Source: Escherichia phage ukendt. From it: a stretch of DNA of 64,000 bases. How positions within the stretch are numbered: position 1 is the stretch's first letter; every line of letters begins with the position of its first letter. The notes beneath the pieces are model-generated. The model saw only the letters and a list, made by a program, of their open reading frames with translations, was not told the DNA's origin and made no database searches. The stretch lies in sequence record NC_052661.1; one strand, written 5' to 3'. The position numbers and the translations under genes are program-made. Below are positions 43,449 through 52,542 of this stretch, one piece after another.

Positions 43449-43625
43449 ATGGCTACTTTTCAACAACTCAAAGATGTTTCACGTTTAGTAAGAAAAATCC
43501 GAGAAGCAGACGCTGCTGTGCGGAATGCATTAACGCCAGCAGAGCGTGAAGATCTTGAAGAGGAGGTGAAAACAGCCGAGAATGCTTTTGCTGCGTATCT
43601 TTCAACACTGTACACAGGAGGTTAA
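43449..43625 (+). CDS. hypothetical small protein
   Basis: 58 aa ORF not in track; RBS CAGGAGA. Confidence 0.35.
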   Translation: MATFQQLKDVSRLVRKIREADAAVRNALTPAEREDLEEEVKTAENAFAAYLSTLYTGG

Positions 43626-43940
43626 ATGTCAGAAGAACTTAAAGAATTTTATCAGGCATATCATAACTGGCTGTTAGCTGGTGCTCCAGATAATAATCCT
43701 TTCTGGCACGATAAAGGGTTATGTAGTTGCCTCTACCTTTGGACTGGTGGTTACGATGATCTAAATTATGAAATGCAAATGCAATTTCGAGAAGCAGGGT
43801 TGTCTGAAGAATACCCGTTTGATGACGGGGACAGGTTTAAATATGATTTTGCACAAAGAAACGGGCTGCTACATTTGAATGCTGCCCGTATAAAATGGGT
43901 AAAAGATCATGCTACACAGGAGGATGTGCAATGCCTATAG
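43626..43940 (+). CDS. family A paralog (WVKDR motif)
   Basis: 104 aa; WLLAGAPDNNPF...GLCSCL...RIKWVKDH. Confidence 0.55.
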   Translation: MSEELKEFYQAYHNWLLAGAPDNNPFWHDKGLCSCLYLWTGGYDDLNYEMQMQFREAGLSEEYPFDDGDRFKYDFAQRNGLLHLNAARIKWVKDHATQEDVQCL

Positions 43941-44131
43941 TGTTTGTTTTCTTGGCGATTGTTATTGTAGTTCTTTTCGCTGCATGGCTTTGGGATTTTG
44001 ACCCAGGAGCCGCGCAGCAAAGAGCTACAGACTTGAAAGAACAATGTATTGTGCTCAAACATGAACGAAATGCGGAGAAATTTCTTGACCTGGAGTGTGA
44101 TCGCCTTGTAAGATACAAGCAAGATAAATAA
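43931..44131 (+). CDS. small membrane protein
   Basis: Start refined to ATG 43931 (MPIVFVFLAIVIVVLF). Confidence 0.45.
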   Translation: MPIVFVFLAIVIVVLFAAWLWDFDPGAAQQRATDLKEQCIVLKHERNAEKFLDLECDRLVRYKQDK

Positions 44132-44145
44132 CCTTGAGGTGCAAA

Positions 44146-44334
44146 ATGGTAATTGAGATTAAACTTGAATATGCTGGGGCTGTTGCCTTGATCGCACAAA
44201 TGCTTGGAGCAAAGATTGAAGAAGTGTATATCAATGCCTGGAGCGTAGAGATTGATGTTCCTATGGATAACATTGCTAATCGCTTGCTGGTAGCAGAGTG
44301 TGAACGCACCAACATAATCTACAAAGGAGCATAA
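44146..44334 (+). CDS. hypothetical protein
   Basis: Start refined to ATG 44146. Confidence 0.45.
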   Translation: MVIEIKLEYAGAVALIAQMLGAKIEEVYINAWSVEIDVPMDNIANRLLVAECERTNIIYKGA

Positions 44335-44335
44335 T

Positions 44336-44557
44336 ATGAAAATTAGAGTTTGTGATGTATTGGGTTATGTTGGTTTTGAGAATGTTCAGATTCCTTTTGT
44401 TGTTGAAGCACATCTTGTTAGCGATGATATGACAACATTCTTTGTTACGATAGAAGAAATGTCTAAAGTTGAGGGATGGGAGTGGTTTGAAGAAGATGTT
44501 TGGGAAGGTTGTGATTACGTATTTTTCTCTGACGAAGTGAATGTTCTTTCGGAGTAG
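44336..44557 (+). CDS. family B paralog (EGxDYVFF motif)
   Basis: 73 aa; WEWFEEDVWEGCDYVFF. Confidence 0.5.
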   Translation: MKIRVCDVLGYVGFENVQIPFVVEAHLVSDDMTTFFVTIEEMSKVEGWEWFEEDVWEGCDYVFFSDEVNVLSE

Positions 44558-44559
44558 GT

Positions 44560-44766
44560 ATGTCTTGTTTTACAAAAGCAGTGTCCATATGTAAGAAACA
44601 GTATGAAAGTGATTACGGAATATTTAATCTTCCAGTGGATCATACGGAGTATTGTTCATGTGGTGGCAGGATGAAGAAAACAGTGATTTATGCGGATAAT
44701 GGAGATGAACTTGTTCCGGTTATGGTTTGCAAAGCTTGTCATTCTGTTAAAACATTAAAAGCGTAA
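44560..44766 (+). CDS. zinc-ribbon small protein
   Basis: 68 aa; CSCGG...CKAC. Confidence 0.45.
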   Translation: MSCFTKAVSICKKQYESDYGIFNLPVDHTEYCSCGGRMKKTVIYADNGDELVPVMVCKACHSVKTLKA

Positions 44767-44861
44767 GGAGTCGGGACACCCGACGATTGGAGCTAAAAAT
44801 TTTGCGTACAACCCTTTCCGCCCAACAGGGGCGCGTCGGGTAAATAAAGAGGAGAGTTTAT

Positions 44862-45260
44862 ATGAAAAAGATCATCGTAGGTTTCTTGTTACTCATTGCA
44901 TCACTTGGAACAGCAAGTGCGTCTCAAGTTTATGAGTGTGTGTCAGATGTGGTTGTTAAAAATCTGAAAGGTGAAGTGATTTCTGGTCCTAAGAAAATGG
45001 CTTCTGTTATCATTAATAAAGATAACTCCTTTATCCTTAAAAATTCGGGTGGTGCTTTGATGAGTGGCATTCTGCAATACACAGGAGAAAAAAGTAAAGA
45101 TGGTAGTGCTATGTACGGTTCACAACAGTTTATTGGCACTACTGAAGTTGTGATGATGCGCACAGAGTATCGAGACACTTTGGCTTGGTTTGCATTTCTA
45201 AAAAATGATAAAACAATAACGAATGTTCTTACTCTAGAAGCTGATTGCACGCAACGATAA
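44862..45260 (+). CDS. secreted protein
   Basis: 132 aa; signal peptide MKKIIVGFLLLIASLGTASA. Confidence 0.5.
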   Translation: MKKIIVGFLLLIASLGTASASQVYECVSDVVVKNLKGEVISGPKKMASVIINKDNSFILKNSGGALMSGILQYTGEKSKDGSAMYGSQQFIGTTEVVMMRTEYRDTLAWFAFLKNDKTITNVLTLEADCTQR

Positions 45261-45269
45261 GGGGTATTT

Positions 45270-45716
45270 ATGACTAAAATGAGACATTATGCTGTAAACT
45301 GTAACGATGTTTGGCGTTTGTGTCCTGATGATCCGACAGAAGGCACATTTGTAAGATATGAGGATTATAAAGAGTTATCAGATGCTGTGATCGCATTGTT
45401 AACTGATATCCGTTCACGTTATCCAGGACAAGATTTCACTTGCCCTCACATCAAACTTCTTGCTTGTCTGGTAGAAGGTGAGAAAGAAGTGGAAGATGGC
45501 TTCAAGCGTGTAGAGTATCAAGGTGAAACTTTAGAGGTTCCTGAATTTGTTAATTATATTGCAACAGATTCGAGTGGCGAGCGTTATGGCTACAGCCATA
45601 AGCCAGAGATTCCTGATTGGATTCCCGCTTGGAGATATTCCGTTAGTACCGGAGACTATATCTTCCTTGGTGTAGGTAGTAGTAAGGATTGGCGTTTCTC
45701 TTTGACAGAGGTTTAA
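45270..45716 (+). CDS. hypothetical protein
   Basis: 148 aa ORF. Confidence 0.5.
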   Translation: MTKMRHYAVNCNDVWRLCPDDPTEGTFVRYEDYKELSDAVIALLTDIRSRYPGQDFTCPHIKLLACLVEGEKEVEDGFKRVEYQGETLEVPEFVNYIATDSSGERYGYSHKPEIPDWIPAWRYSVSTGDYIFLGVGSSKDWRFSLTEV

Positions 45717-45720
45717 TAAT

Positions 45721-45984
45721 ATGAAAGAGACATTGCCAGCAGCATACCGTTTGAATGATGAACGTATTTGGGAGTGGACCGACGTTTCTTGTTTTTACCC
45801 TGAAATAGTTCAATATTGGCGAGCGAAAGGGTGTGTTGTAGTTATCAACCCTTGTGGACCAGTAGATGAAGATTGCTTGTATCTCGATGGAAAGTGGCAC
45901 AGTTATTGTCGCTGGCCTTTTGAGTGGATGTGTAAAGAAGATCTCCCAGAGGGTTGGGAGTATCCAAAAGCAAATAGGAGATAA
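45721..45984 (+). CDS. hypothetical protein
   Basis: 87 aa ORF. Confidence 0.5.
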   Translation: MKETLPAAYRLNDERIWEWTDVSCFYPEIVQYWRAKGCVVVINPCGPVDEDCLYLDGKWHSYCRWPFEWMCKEDLPEGWEYPKANRR

Positions 45985-45985
45985 T

Positions 45986-46348
45986 ATGTCTAAAGATTTT
46001 GTTGAAGTGTTTGTCAAAGACGAAGAAACTGGTTTAGGCACAGGTTTCATTTGTGAAGAAACCTTTAAGCGTGAACAAGAAAAAGCTATTCTTATGCGAA
46101 ACTATGATCACGCATTAGAACAATGGAAAAATGCAGAACAAAAATGCAAAAACCTTTATGCAGAAAATAGAAAACTACAAGATCAAATGGAGTTGTTAGC
46201 TATCAGTTTACGATCTCTCATTTTGGCTGTAGAAGATGGTTTTAAAAATCCAGATGGTTTTCCTGTGAGCGATATTGAACATGATTTGTATCTTGCTCGT
46301 GGTGCTTACTTTTATGTTAAACAGAAGTCTGTAGAAGGAGAGAAGTGA
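45986..46348 (+). CDS. hypothetical coiled-coil protein
   Basis: Start refined to ATG 45986 after AGGAGA. Confidence 0.45.
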   Translation: MSKDFVEVFVKDEETGLGTGFICEETFKREQEKAILMRNYDHALEQWKNAEQKCKNLYAENRKLQDQMELLAISLRSLILAVEDGFKNPDGFPVSDIEHDLYLARGAYFYVKQKSVEGEK

Positions 46349-46545
46349 TGGAAGAAAAACTGGAACGTATTATCGAGTTAGCCATGTCTATTGGCTACGA
46401 CGATTGTTTTATCCAAACTATTGGAGAAACACAGAACGATTACGACTCTTGGGTGAAAGAGTTGGAAGAACTCAAAACTTCCTTGATTGCTGACTTTGCT
46501 GAAGCAGAGGATAAAGCAGATCGTTACAACTATCTGTGTCGATAA
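46345..46545 (+). CDS. hypothetical protein
   Basis: 66 aa ORF. Confidence 0.45.
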   Translation: MMEEKLERIIELAMSIGYDDCFIQTIGETQNDYDSWVKELEELKTSLIADFAEAEDKADRYNYLCR

Positions 46546-46607
46546 ACCTTGACATTTATTTTATGTATGGTATACATACATTATCAACGTGAGCAAGGTG
46601 GTGTAAT

Positions 46608-46880
46608 ATGAATAAAGATCGGTTTCTTTCTTTAGTCGCGGAAGCGCCTTTTGATGTTCTTGGGGTGAGATTATGGAAAGACAGAAACTATGGGTTAGAT
46701 GTTCAAACATATTCTCTTTGGTTGGTTGGGGAGCACAGCTTAGATGAAAGCTTGTGCATGGGTAGGGATTCTCGTTCCCTTTGTTTAAAGTTCAGAAGCT
46801 TAGAACGCGCAAACAAAGAGCAAGAAAAACTAACGAGGTGGCTAAATGAAAACAAGCACAGGGTTGATGGAGTTTTATAA
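46608..46880 (+). CDS. hypothetical protein
   Basis: 90 aa ORF. Confidence 0.5.
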   Translation: MNKDRFLSLVAEAPFDVLGVRLWKDRNYGLDVQTYSLWLVGEHSLDESLCMGRDSRSLCLKFRSLERANKEQEKLTRWLNENKHRVDGVL

Positions 46881-47172
46881 AATTTATCTAGCATGGATTG
46901 ATGTTGGTGCTCCTGATGGTAAACCTTTTCGGCGGGATTGTGGTTTGTGTGCCAACTTGTTCGATTATGTGCACAGAGGTAATTACAACCCCATTATAAC
47001 AACCTTGTCAGATGAAATGCACGCACAGTTTTACCATAAAGGGTTGAATCAAGGACTCCCTTTCAATGAGAACTACGATGCATATGTCTTAGAGTCAGAT
47101 GCAGATGCCTGTCACCTGAACGTGGACAGAATTAATTGGGTAAGAGATCGTATTGCAGAGGAGGATGAATAA
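46846..47172 (+). CDS. family A paralog (WVKDR motif)
   Basis: 108 aa; WIDVGAPDGKPF...GLCANL...RINWVRDRI. Confidence 0.55.
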   Translation: MKTSTGLMEFYKIYLAWIDVGAPDGKPFRRDCGLCANLFDYVHRGNYNPIITTLSDEMHAQFYHKGLNQGLPFNENYDAYVLESDADACHLNVDRINWVRDRIAEEDE

Positions 47173-47399
47173 TGTCGGATTATAACTGGTATGAACTTGA
47201 AGCTGTTTGTCAGTTTTATGATTCAATAGTTCTACGTGATCCAATCTGTCAAGAATTGAGTCGCCGTGCAAGTGCATTGGCAATCCGTGTTAAAATAAAT
47301 GGTTGGAACCCAGACTTGGAAAAAGAGTTGGAATTTCTCTTAGAAACAACACGTGTCTTCCACAAAGTGTTCCCTGAATGGTTCGAGATGGAAGAATGA
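47172..47399 (+). CDS. hypothetical protein
   Basis: 75 aa ORF. Confidence 0.5.
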   Translation: MSDYNWYELEAVCQFYDSIVLRDPICQELSRRASALAIRVKINGWNPDLEKELEFLLETTRVFHKVFPEWFEMEE

Positions 47400-47401
47400 T
47401 C

Positions 47402-47617
47402 ATGTGGATTGTACGTCTTAAATATGATGGCCCTGATCCTTGGGTGCATAACGTTTGCGGTTGTGATTCCGAAGAAGCAGCACATAAAGCAGGAAGAGCA
47501 GTAAGTGCCTTCTATAATGACAAACCTTTTTGTTTAGAAATGGCAGGTGTGGTTTGTATGAGCATGTTCGAATACTACTCTTATGAAATCAAAGAACACC
47601 AAGGGGAATGGAAATAA
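47402..47617 (+). CDS. hypothetical protein
   Basis: Start refined to ATG 47402. Confidence 0.45.
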   Translation: MWIVRLKYDGPDPWVHNVCGCDSEEAAHKAGRAVSAFYNDKPFCLEMAGVVCMSMFEYYSYEIKEHQGEWK

Positions 47618-47679
47618 ATCGTTGACAGAAGGATCTGTCTTTGTCATAATCATCTCATCGAAACAAAGAGGAGAAAATC

Positions 47680-48093
47680 ATGAAAAAGTTTATTTGCACC
47701 CGTTCCACTAACAGTGATATCCTTGTAGGTAAGGTTATCAAAGGAGAACTCTTCCATGCAAATGGTAAGAAATATATTCTGCTGAAAGATTCTTTCAACG
47801 GGGAATATCCGCGCTGCACTTTCTTCAATTACAACACTCCATTTGCTTTAGAAGGAGATGCTTGGGAATGGGCTGAACTCAATCCTTGTTATGAGGAAGA
47901 AGAATCTATGTTCTTAGGTTTAAACGTTTACCGTGTAGATTACACCATGTGCGGAGCGGAACATTCTGTTCGCGTAGAAGCCGAATCCAAACTACAAGCA
48001 CCTTTCAAGGCAGGATTGACTTTGGGTCATTGTTTGGCAAACATTGAAGATGTTGTGATCCAAAGAGTTGTTTTAGAGAAAGAGGCTATTTGA
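47680..48093 (+). CDS. hypothetical protein
   Basis: 137 aa; RBS GAGGAG. Confidence 0.5.
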   Translation: MKKFICTRSTNSDILVGKVIKGELFHANGKKYILLKDSFNGEYPRCTFFNYNTPFALEGDAWEWAELNPCYEEEESMFLGLNVYRVDYTMCGAEHSVRVEAESKLQAPFKAGLTLGHCLANIEDVVIQRVVLEKEAI

Positions 48094-48147
48094 CAGAAGA
48101 CGGTACAATATTTAAAATATAAAGATTAACCACAAAAGGAGAGAAAC

Positions 48148-48447
48148 ATGCAAGTTGAAGACCTGATCAAGATTCTGAATAAAGCCAAAGAGAAGGGTGC
48201 TATCAAAGACTGGAAACGTGAAACAAGTGAAGATTTATCTCATTGTTGTCGAGAATTTTACATTGAAGGTATTGCTAACGATCATTATACTATTGAATGG
48301 TATATTAACTTAATGACTCTTAAACACGGTTCATTTGAGGTTTGGTTTGATGACATTGATGTAAATGGTTTTCATCCTGGCTATAAAATCGCTATGCAGT
48401 TATCTTATCGTAGAGAAGTTGTAGCACATTTGGGTTTACATAACTAA
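48148..48447 (+). CDS. hypothetical protein
   Basis: 99 aa; RBS AAGGAGAG. Confidence 0.5.
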   Translation: MQVEDLIKILNKAKEKGAIKDWKRETSEDLSHCCREFYIEGIANDHYTIEWYINLMTLKHGSFEVWFDDIDVNGFHPGYKIAMQLSYRREVVAHLGLHN

Positions 48448-48457
48448 GGAGAAAAGA

Positions 48458-48781
48458 ATGCAAGCAGTTGTTAACGAAGCTATTATGAACTTATCCTTCT
48501 TGTTAGCTGGTTTAGGAGGTGTTCTCATAGGTTTGGCTCTTATCTGGTGTATTCGTCGATTAATCGGGTACCGACAAAAAGGTGTTTCATGTTTTGTATC
48601 TTACAATTTTACAACTGCTTACAGCAATGAGGTTGGATCTGGTAATGCTCAAGCATTTTTACCAACATATCCTCCTACGGTGGAAGATATTCGAAACTTG
48701 GAAGTAGAACTTATGGGACTAAGTGATAACTATACATCTCTCGTTATTCAAAATATTTTTCGACTAAAACAGGAGGCGTGA
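48458..48781 (+). CDS. membrane protein
   Basis: 107 aa; N-terminal TM segment. Confidence 0.5.
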   Translation: MQAVVNEAIMNLSFLLAGLGGVLIGLALIWCIRRLIGYRQKGVSCFVSYNFTTAYSNEVGSGNAQAFLPTYPPTVEDIRNLEVELMGLSDNYTSLVIQNIFRLKQEA

Positions 48782-48994
48782 ATGAAGGCACATTACCCTC
48801 ATCCCTTTGATCCTAAAAACAAAGCCGTAATTCTTCGTCAGTGGCAACGGGTTTGTCGTACTAAATGTCCAATTAATAGCCAACACAATGTGGACAAGGA
48901 TTATCTTGGGACATTTGTTGAATACACTTACATAGACAAAAACAAGCGTAAACAACATGTCGAGGAATACTGCTTAAAAGTAGAATGGCTGTAA
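48782..48994 (+). CDS. hypothetical protein
   Basis: 70 aa ORF. Confidence 0.45.
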   Translation: MKAHYPHPFDPKNKAVILRQWQRVCRTKCPINSQHNVDKDYLGTFVEYTYIDKNKRKQHVEEYCLKVEWL

Positions 48995-49064
48995 ATAATA
49001 AATACCTTGACAAGTGTTTATTCGTTTTGTAAAGTGAGAATACAGCAATGGTTTAGGAGTGGTT

Positions 49065-49736
49065 ATGAAAAAGTTTGTTGTTTACAGTCGTCTTTCTAAA
49101 CAGAAAAAAGGTGAGGCACAATATGGTATGGAGAGCCAAGAGAACGATATCCGTTACTTCTTAGACTCTGTGCCTGACGCTGAAGTTATTGGTCAATTTT
49201 CTGAATACTATTCGGGTAAGGGCGATTGGAAGCAACGTAAGGAACTGGTTAAAGCGGTTGAAATGTGTAAAGCTACCGGAGCAACTTTATTGGTAGCTAA
49301 AGTTGACCGCTTGGGTCGTAACAACGCCTCCGTAGCAACTCTCCTAGAAATGATCGATGTTAAGATAGCCATCATGCCAGACGCAGATAAAATGGTTATA
49401 CAGCTTCTGTCTGTTTTGGCTGAACAAGAAGTTAGAGGTATTGCTGATCGTATTAAAAAGGGTCTTGCTGTAGCAAAAAGCAAAGGTGTTTTATTAGGCA
49501 GTGCTAATCCTAAAACTGCCGCTGCACGTAGAAAAGGAAAAATGGAATACAACTCTGTTAAAGCAGACGCTTTTGCAGAGACATTCCGTGAACGCTTGGA
49601 GATCCTTAGAGATTTAAATACACCTTACAAAACTATTGCTGAAAAATTTAATAGTAAGAAAATAGCAACAGCACGTGGTGGTAAATGGGATGCTAAGACT
49701 GTTTCTCGTTTGTGTGCCAGACTGAACATTAAATAG
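49065..49736 (+). CDS. serine recombinase (resolvase/invertase family)
   Basis: Catalytic-region motifs VVYSRLS and VAKVDRLGRN; C-terminal HTH-like segment; start refined to ATG 49065. Confidence 0.6.
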   Translation: MKKFVVYSRLSKQKKGEAQYGMESQENDIRYFLDSVPDAEVIGQFSEYYSGKGDWKQRKELVKAVEMCKATGATLLVAKVDRLGRNNASVATLLEMIDVKIAIMPDADKMVIQLLSVLAEQEVRGIADRIKKGLAVAKSKGVLLGSANPKTAAARRKGKMEYNSVKADAFAETFRERLEILRDLNTPYKTIAEKFNSKKIATARGGKWDAKTVSRLCARLNIK

Positions 49737-49744
49737 GAGAGGAT

Positions 49745-50167
49745 ATGAAACAAGAAAATGAATCTGTAGATCACTTAATCATGCTGTCAGCCCTTTTTGC
49801 AGGATGGGACGTATTTTTTGAAAATTTGTTCAATTCTGCTACAGATGGTTCCGATTTTATGCGCCAGTTTAAACGACGAACTGTTGAGGACTATGCTTTC
49901 TATTCAGGTCGGATTGAAAAAGGTTACGAAGATACAAATACAACACTCACCATTAAAGTTTTAGATGTGATGTTTAGTGTTATAGATGCTATCGACGAAA
50001 GTCTTCCGATCCTAGACAATTGTAATACGAAAGCCTATGTTTACAAAATAGCTCGTGCTTATGTGTCTGCAAACAGTTGCCTTCTTTCCACCCAGATTGC
50101 CGTGAACAATCTTGCCAACTTGTTCGATGAAGGAGAAACTTTTTATGACAATCGATTTGAAGTGTAA
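49745..50167 (+). CDS. hypothetical protein
   Basis: 140 aa ORF. Confidence 0.5.
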   Translation: MKQENESVDHLIMLSALFAGWDVFFENLFNSATDGSDFMRQFKRRTVEDYAFYSGRIEKGYEDTNTTLTIKVLDVMFSVIDAIDESLPILDNCNTKAYVYKIARAYVSANSCLLSTQIAVNNLANLFDEGETFYDNRFEV

Positions 50168-50510
50168 GAGGATTCTTTTAGATTTCTATAATAATTGGTT
50201 AGAACACCTCCGTCTCTTTCCAAGAGAAAGTGGTTACGCTGATGTTGGCTTATGCCGAGGTCTACGTATGTATATAAGTGATGAATTTCGGGCCGAGCAT
50301 TCTTTAGCATATTCTGTTTATGGTATGCAATTAGCCAGTTTTGAAAACGCTGGCTTAGATACAACTTTCCCATTTAACACAGCAAAATCTTTTGAGCAAG
50401 AGTGTAAGGAAAAACGTTGCATGTTTAATGAAAAACGTGTACAGTGGGTTAAGGATCGAGTTAAACAACTGGAACAAGAGTTGGATTTCTTCTATGATGA
50501 GGCAGAATAA
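50145..50510 (+). CDS. family A paralog (WVKDR motif)
   Basis: Start refined to ATG 50145; GLCRGL...FPF...RVQWVKDRV. Confidence 0.5.
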   Translation: MTIDLKCKRILLDFYNNWLEHLRLFPRESGYADVGLCRGLRMYISDEFRAEHSLAYSVYGMQLASFENAGLDTTFPFNTAKSFEQECKEKRCMFNEKRVQWVKDRVKQLEQELDFFYDEAE

Positions 50511-50782
50511 TGGATAGACAAACCTTAAAAACAATGGCAGATGCCACTAATTCCCCGTACTTTGAAAAAGTAAGTAAATTGGTAGCTCAAGCCGCAGAGG
50601 AAGGATATTATAACATAAACATCCACAACCCAAGTCTTATACTAGAAATGCCAAGTGATAAGAAGATACAAGAGAGTATCTGTGAAGGTATTGTTAGTTA
50701 CTGGCGCGAGCGTGGGTGTGGTGCAAACATGGCTTTAGACAGTGCAAACATTGTAAGATATATAAATATTTCTTGGGGGTGA
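50510..50782 (+). CDS. hypothetical protein
   Basis: 90 aa ORF. Confidence 0.5.
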   Translation: MDRQTLKTMADATNSPYFEKVSKLVAQAAEEGYYNINIHNPSLILEMPSDKKIQESICEGIVSYWRERGCGANMALDSANIVRYINISWG

Positions 50783-50786
50783 TTTT

Positions 50787-51398
50787 ATGATTCAATGCAC
50801 TCATATCCAAATTACTTGGAGAGATGAACTTTACCATTTGGGACAATTTACTGTAGGGGAAACATACCCTATCATTAAACATAATCCTAACATCGCAAAC
50901 TTTGACAGGATGGTTCTTGTTGAGGACGATCTAGGTCAAACTTATTCTTTAGATCTAAAATATCCGTTTTCTTACGGCTACGATTGGATCGTTACTTTTG
51001 AAGACGTGGAGGAAAATAAAACAATGAACGAAAAAAATTCTTGGTATTATCGTTGTGAACTGCCACCAGTAGGTGAAAAGGTTATCTTTGTCCCTGATTT
51101 GGAAAGATATTCTTGGGACAGTTCTTATTCTGTTCCTAAAGAAGGCACCGAAGTTGAAGTTATTGCACATCGCACAACTTCGCATGGTAACGATGTAGCA
51201 GTTGTTTTCTGGGATGATGAAGGCGCTGCTTGTGCAGGTGGCTTTGTTGCAGGTAATTTTGAACCCCTGCCAGATCCTTTGAAGGAGGCAATTTTAGGCG
51301 TAGCTTCTTTTGGACTCTCTTACACATCTGCACAAGAGATCGTAGAAGGTATTTTAAACGGTACCGTTCCAAACGAAATTTTTAAACAGATTAAATAA
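50787..51398 (+). CDS. hypothetical protein
   Basis: 203 aa; followed by terminator. Confidence 0.5.
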   Translation: MIQCTHIQITWRDELYHLGQFTVGETYPIIKHNPNIANFDRMVLVEDDLGQTYSLDLKYPFSYGYDWIVTFEDVEENKTMNEKNSWYYRCELPPVGEKVIFVPDLERYSWDSSYSVPKEGTEVEVIAHRTTSHGNDVAVVFWDDEGAACAGGFVAGNFEPLPDPLKEAILGVASFGLSYTSAQEIVEGILNGTVPNEIFKQIK

Positions 51399-51404
51399 TA
51401 GTTG

Positions 51405-51430
51405 CACCCCGTTCTGCGGGGTGTTATTGT
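51405..51430 (+). terminator. rho-independent terminator
   Basis: CACCCCG-TTCTG-CGGGGTG followed by a T-rich tract. Confidence 0.5.
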
Positions 51431-51449
51431 ATATGTAAAGGAGGCGCTA

Positions 51450-51788
51450 ATGTATTACACTGAAGACTACATATTGTATAACTTTTTTAAAGGTTGGTTG
51501 AAATGGGCGGAACAAGCTCCTGTCGGAGATTGTGTTTTTCCTTGGGATTCTCGTCAAGGCTTGTGTCGTTGTTTGGAAGATTGGCTTATAACCACAAACT
51601 ACAATTCAGAAACTAAGAAATCTACATCAAACAGATTAAAAATGTTATTTGAAGAAGATGGTTTAGATCCAATTTATCCTTTCGGTGCTGAAAGCTTCCA
51701 CAATAGTCTTTTTCTTGGCACTCAACATTATGACAAAGATCGCGTAGATTGGGTAAAAGAAAAGGTAGCACAGTATGAATGGGGCTAA
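51450..51788 (+). CDS. family A paralog (WVKDR-like motif)
   Basis: Start refined to ATG 51450 after AAAGGAGG; GLCRCL...YPF...RVDWVKEKV. Confidence 0.5.
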   Translation: MYYTEDYILYNFFKGWLKWAEQAPVGDCVFPWDSRQGLCRCLEDWLITTNYNSETKKSTSNRLKMLFEEDGLDPIYPFGAESFHNSLFLGTQHYDKDRVDWVKEKVAQYEWG

Positions 51789-51978
51789 GACTTATCATCG
51801 TTGGTTAGAAAGTTATATTAAGAAATGTGAACTTGGTGTTCCAGGTTATACTTACGACACGGACGAGATTCTTGATGAGATGGAAGTTTGGTTTAAAGAG
51901 CCTCGTGAACTATTGTCAAATATTCTAATGGCTTGGGATGGTACAGCACAAAGCATCGGAGGAGGTAGAAATGAGTAA
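51775..51978 (+). CDS. hypothetical protein
   Basis: 67 aa ORF. Confidence 0.45.
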   Translation: MNGAKTYHRWLESYIKKCELGVPGYTYDTDEILDEMEVWFKEPRELLSNILMAWDGTAQSIGGGRNE

Positions 51979-52105
51979 GAAATTGTTTAATATTCGTGAG
52001 AACCGTGATGGATCGTTCTCTGTAGTTAATGAGTTTAACGTTTCGGTTGGGACTTTTATTACTAAACGTCAAGCAGAACAAGTAAGAGATACTTTAAACA
52101 AGTAA
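51971..52105 (+). CDS. hypothetical small protein
   Basis: 44 aa ORF not in track; RBS GGAGGAGG. Confidence 0.3.
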   Translation: MSKKLFNIRENRDGSFSVVNEFNVSVGTFITKRQAEQVRDTLNK

Positions 52106-52122
52106 GTTTTTAAGGGGGACTT

Positions 52123-52542
52123 ATGTTAGGTAAGATCAAAGCTTTTTTCAAACGTATTATTGAAGGAAGTCCAACAGAAGGTGCATTAGGAAGATCTCTA
52201 ACAGGAGAACCACTTTCCATAATTTCTATCAGTCGGTATGGTGGATATTCAATTCGACAAACACCTTTAGGTATAGAAGGTAGTATGCTTTCTTGGACAA
52301 TATCTCAAGTTGGTGATAACAGACTTGCAGCTATAGCGTTACTTCGTGGGGAGTATGACTACTGTTTATCAGCATCTTGTAAAAAGCACCTCATAGAGCA
52401 CATTAGAGACAGAGTAGAAAGAGAAGGCGGATACTTCTTCGAAACTAAGAGAAACGAACAAGGAACTCTTGACTTCACTAAGGTTTACTGGGACAATCAT
52501 ACTCGTCAAACTGTTGAACAACTTCTGGAGGAAAGATGTTAA
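52123..52542 (+). CDS. hypothetical protein
   Basis: 139 aa ORF. Confidence 0.5.
   Translation: MLGKIKAFFKRIIEGSPTEGALGRSLTGEPLSIISISRYGGYSIRQTPLGIEGSMLSWTISQVGDNRLAAIALLRGEYDYCLSASCKKHLIEHIRDRVEREGGYFFETKRNEQGTLDFTKVYWDNHTRQTVEQLLEERC

Noticed and set aside
45866-46348. Long version of the ORF starting at 45866
   Set aside because: The 5' part overlaps the preceding gene; an internal ATG at 45986 has a proper RBS, so the shorter CDS was preferred.
51402-51449. N-terminal extension of the family A paralog from 51402
   Set aside because: The extension overlaps a rho-independent terminator hairpin; the start at 51450 follows AAAGGAGG.
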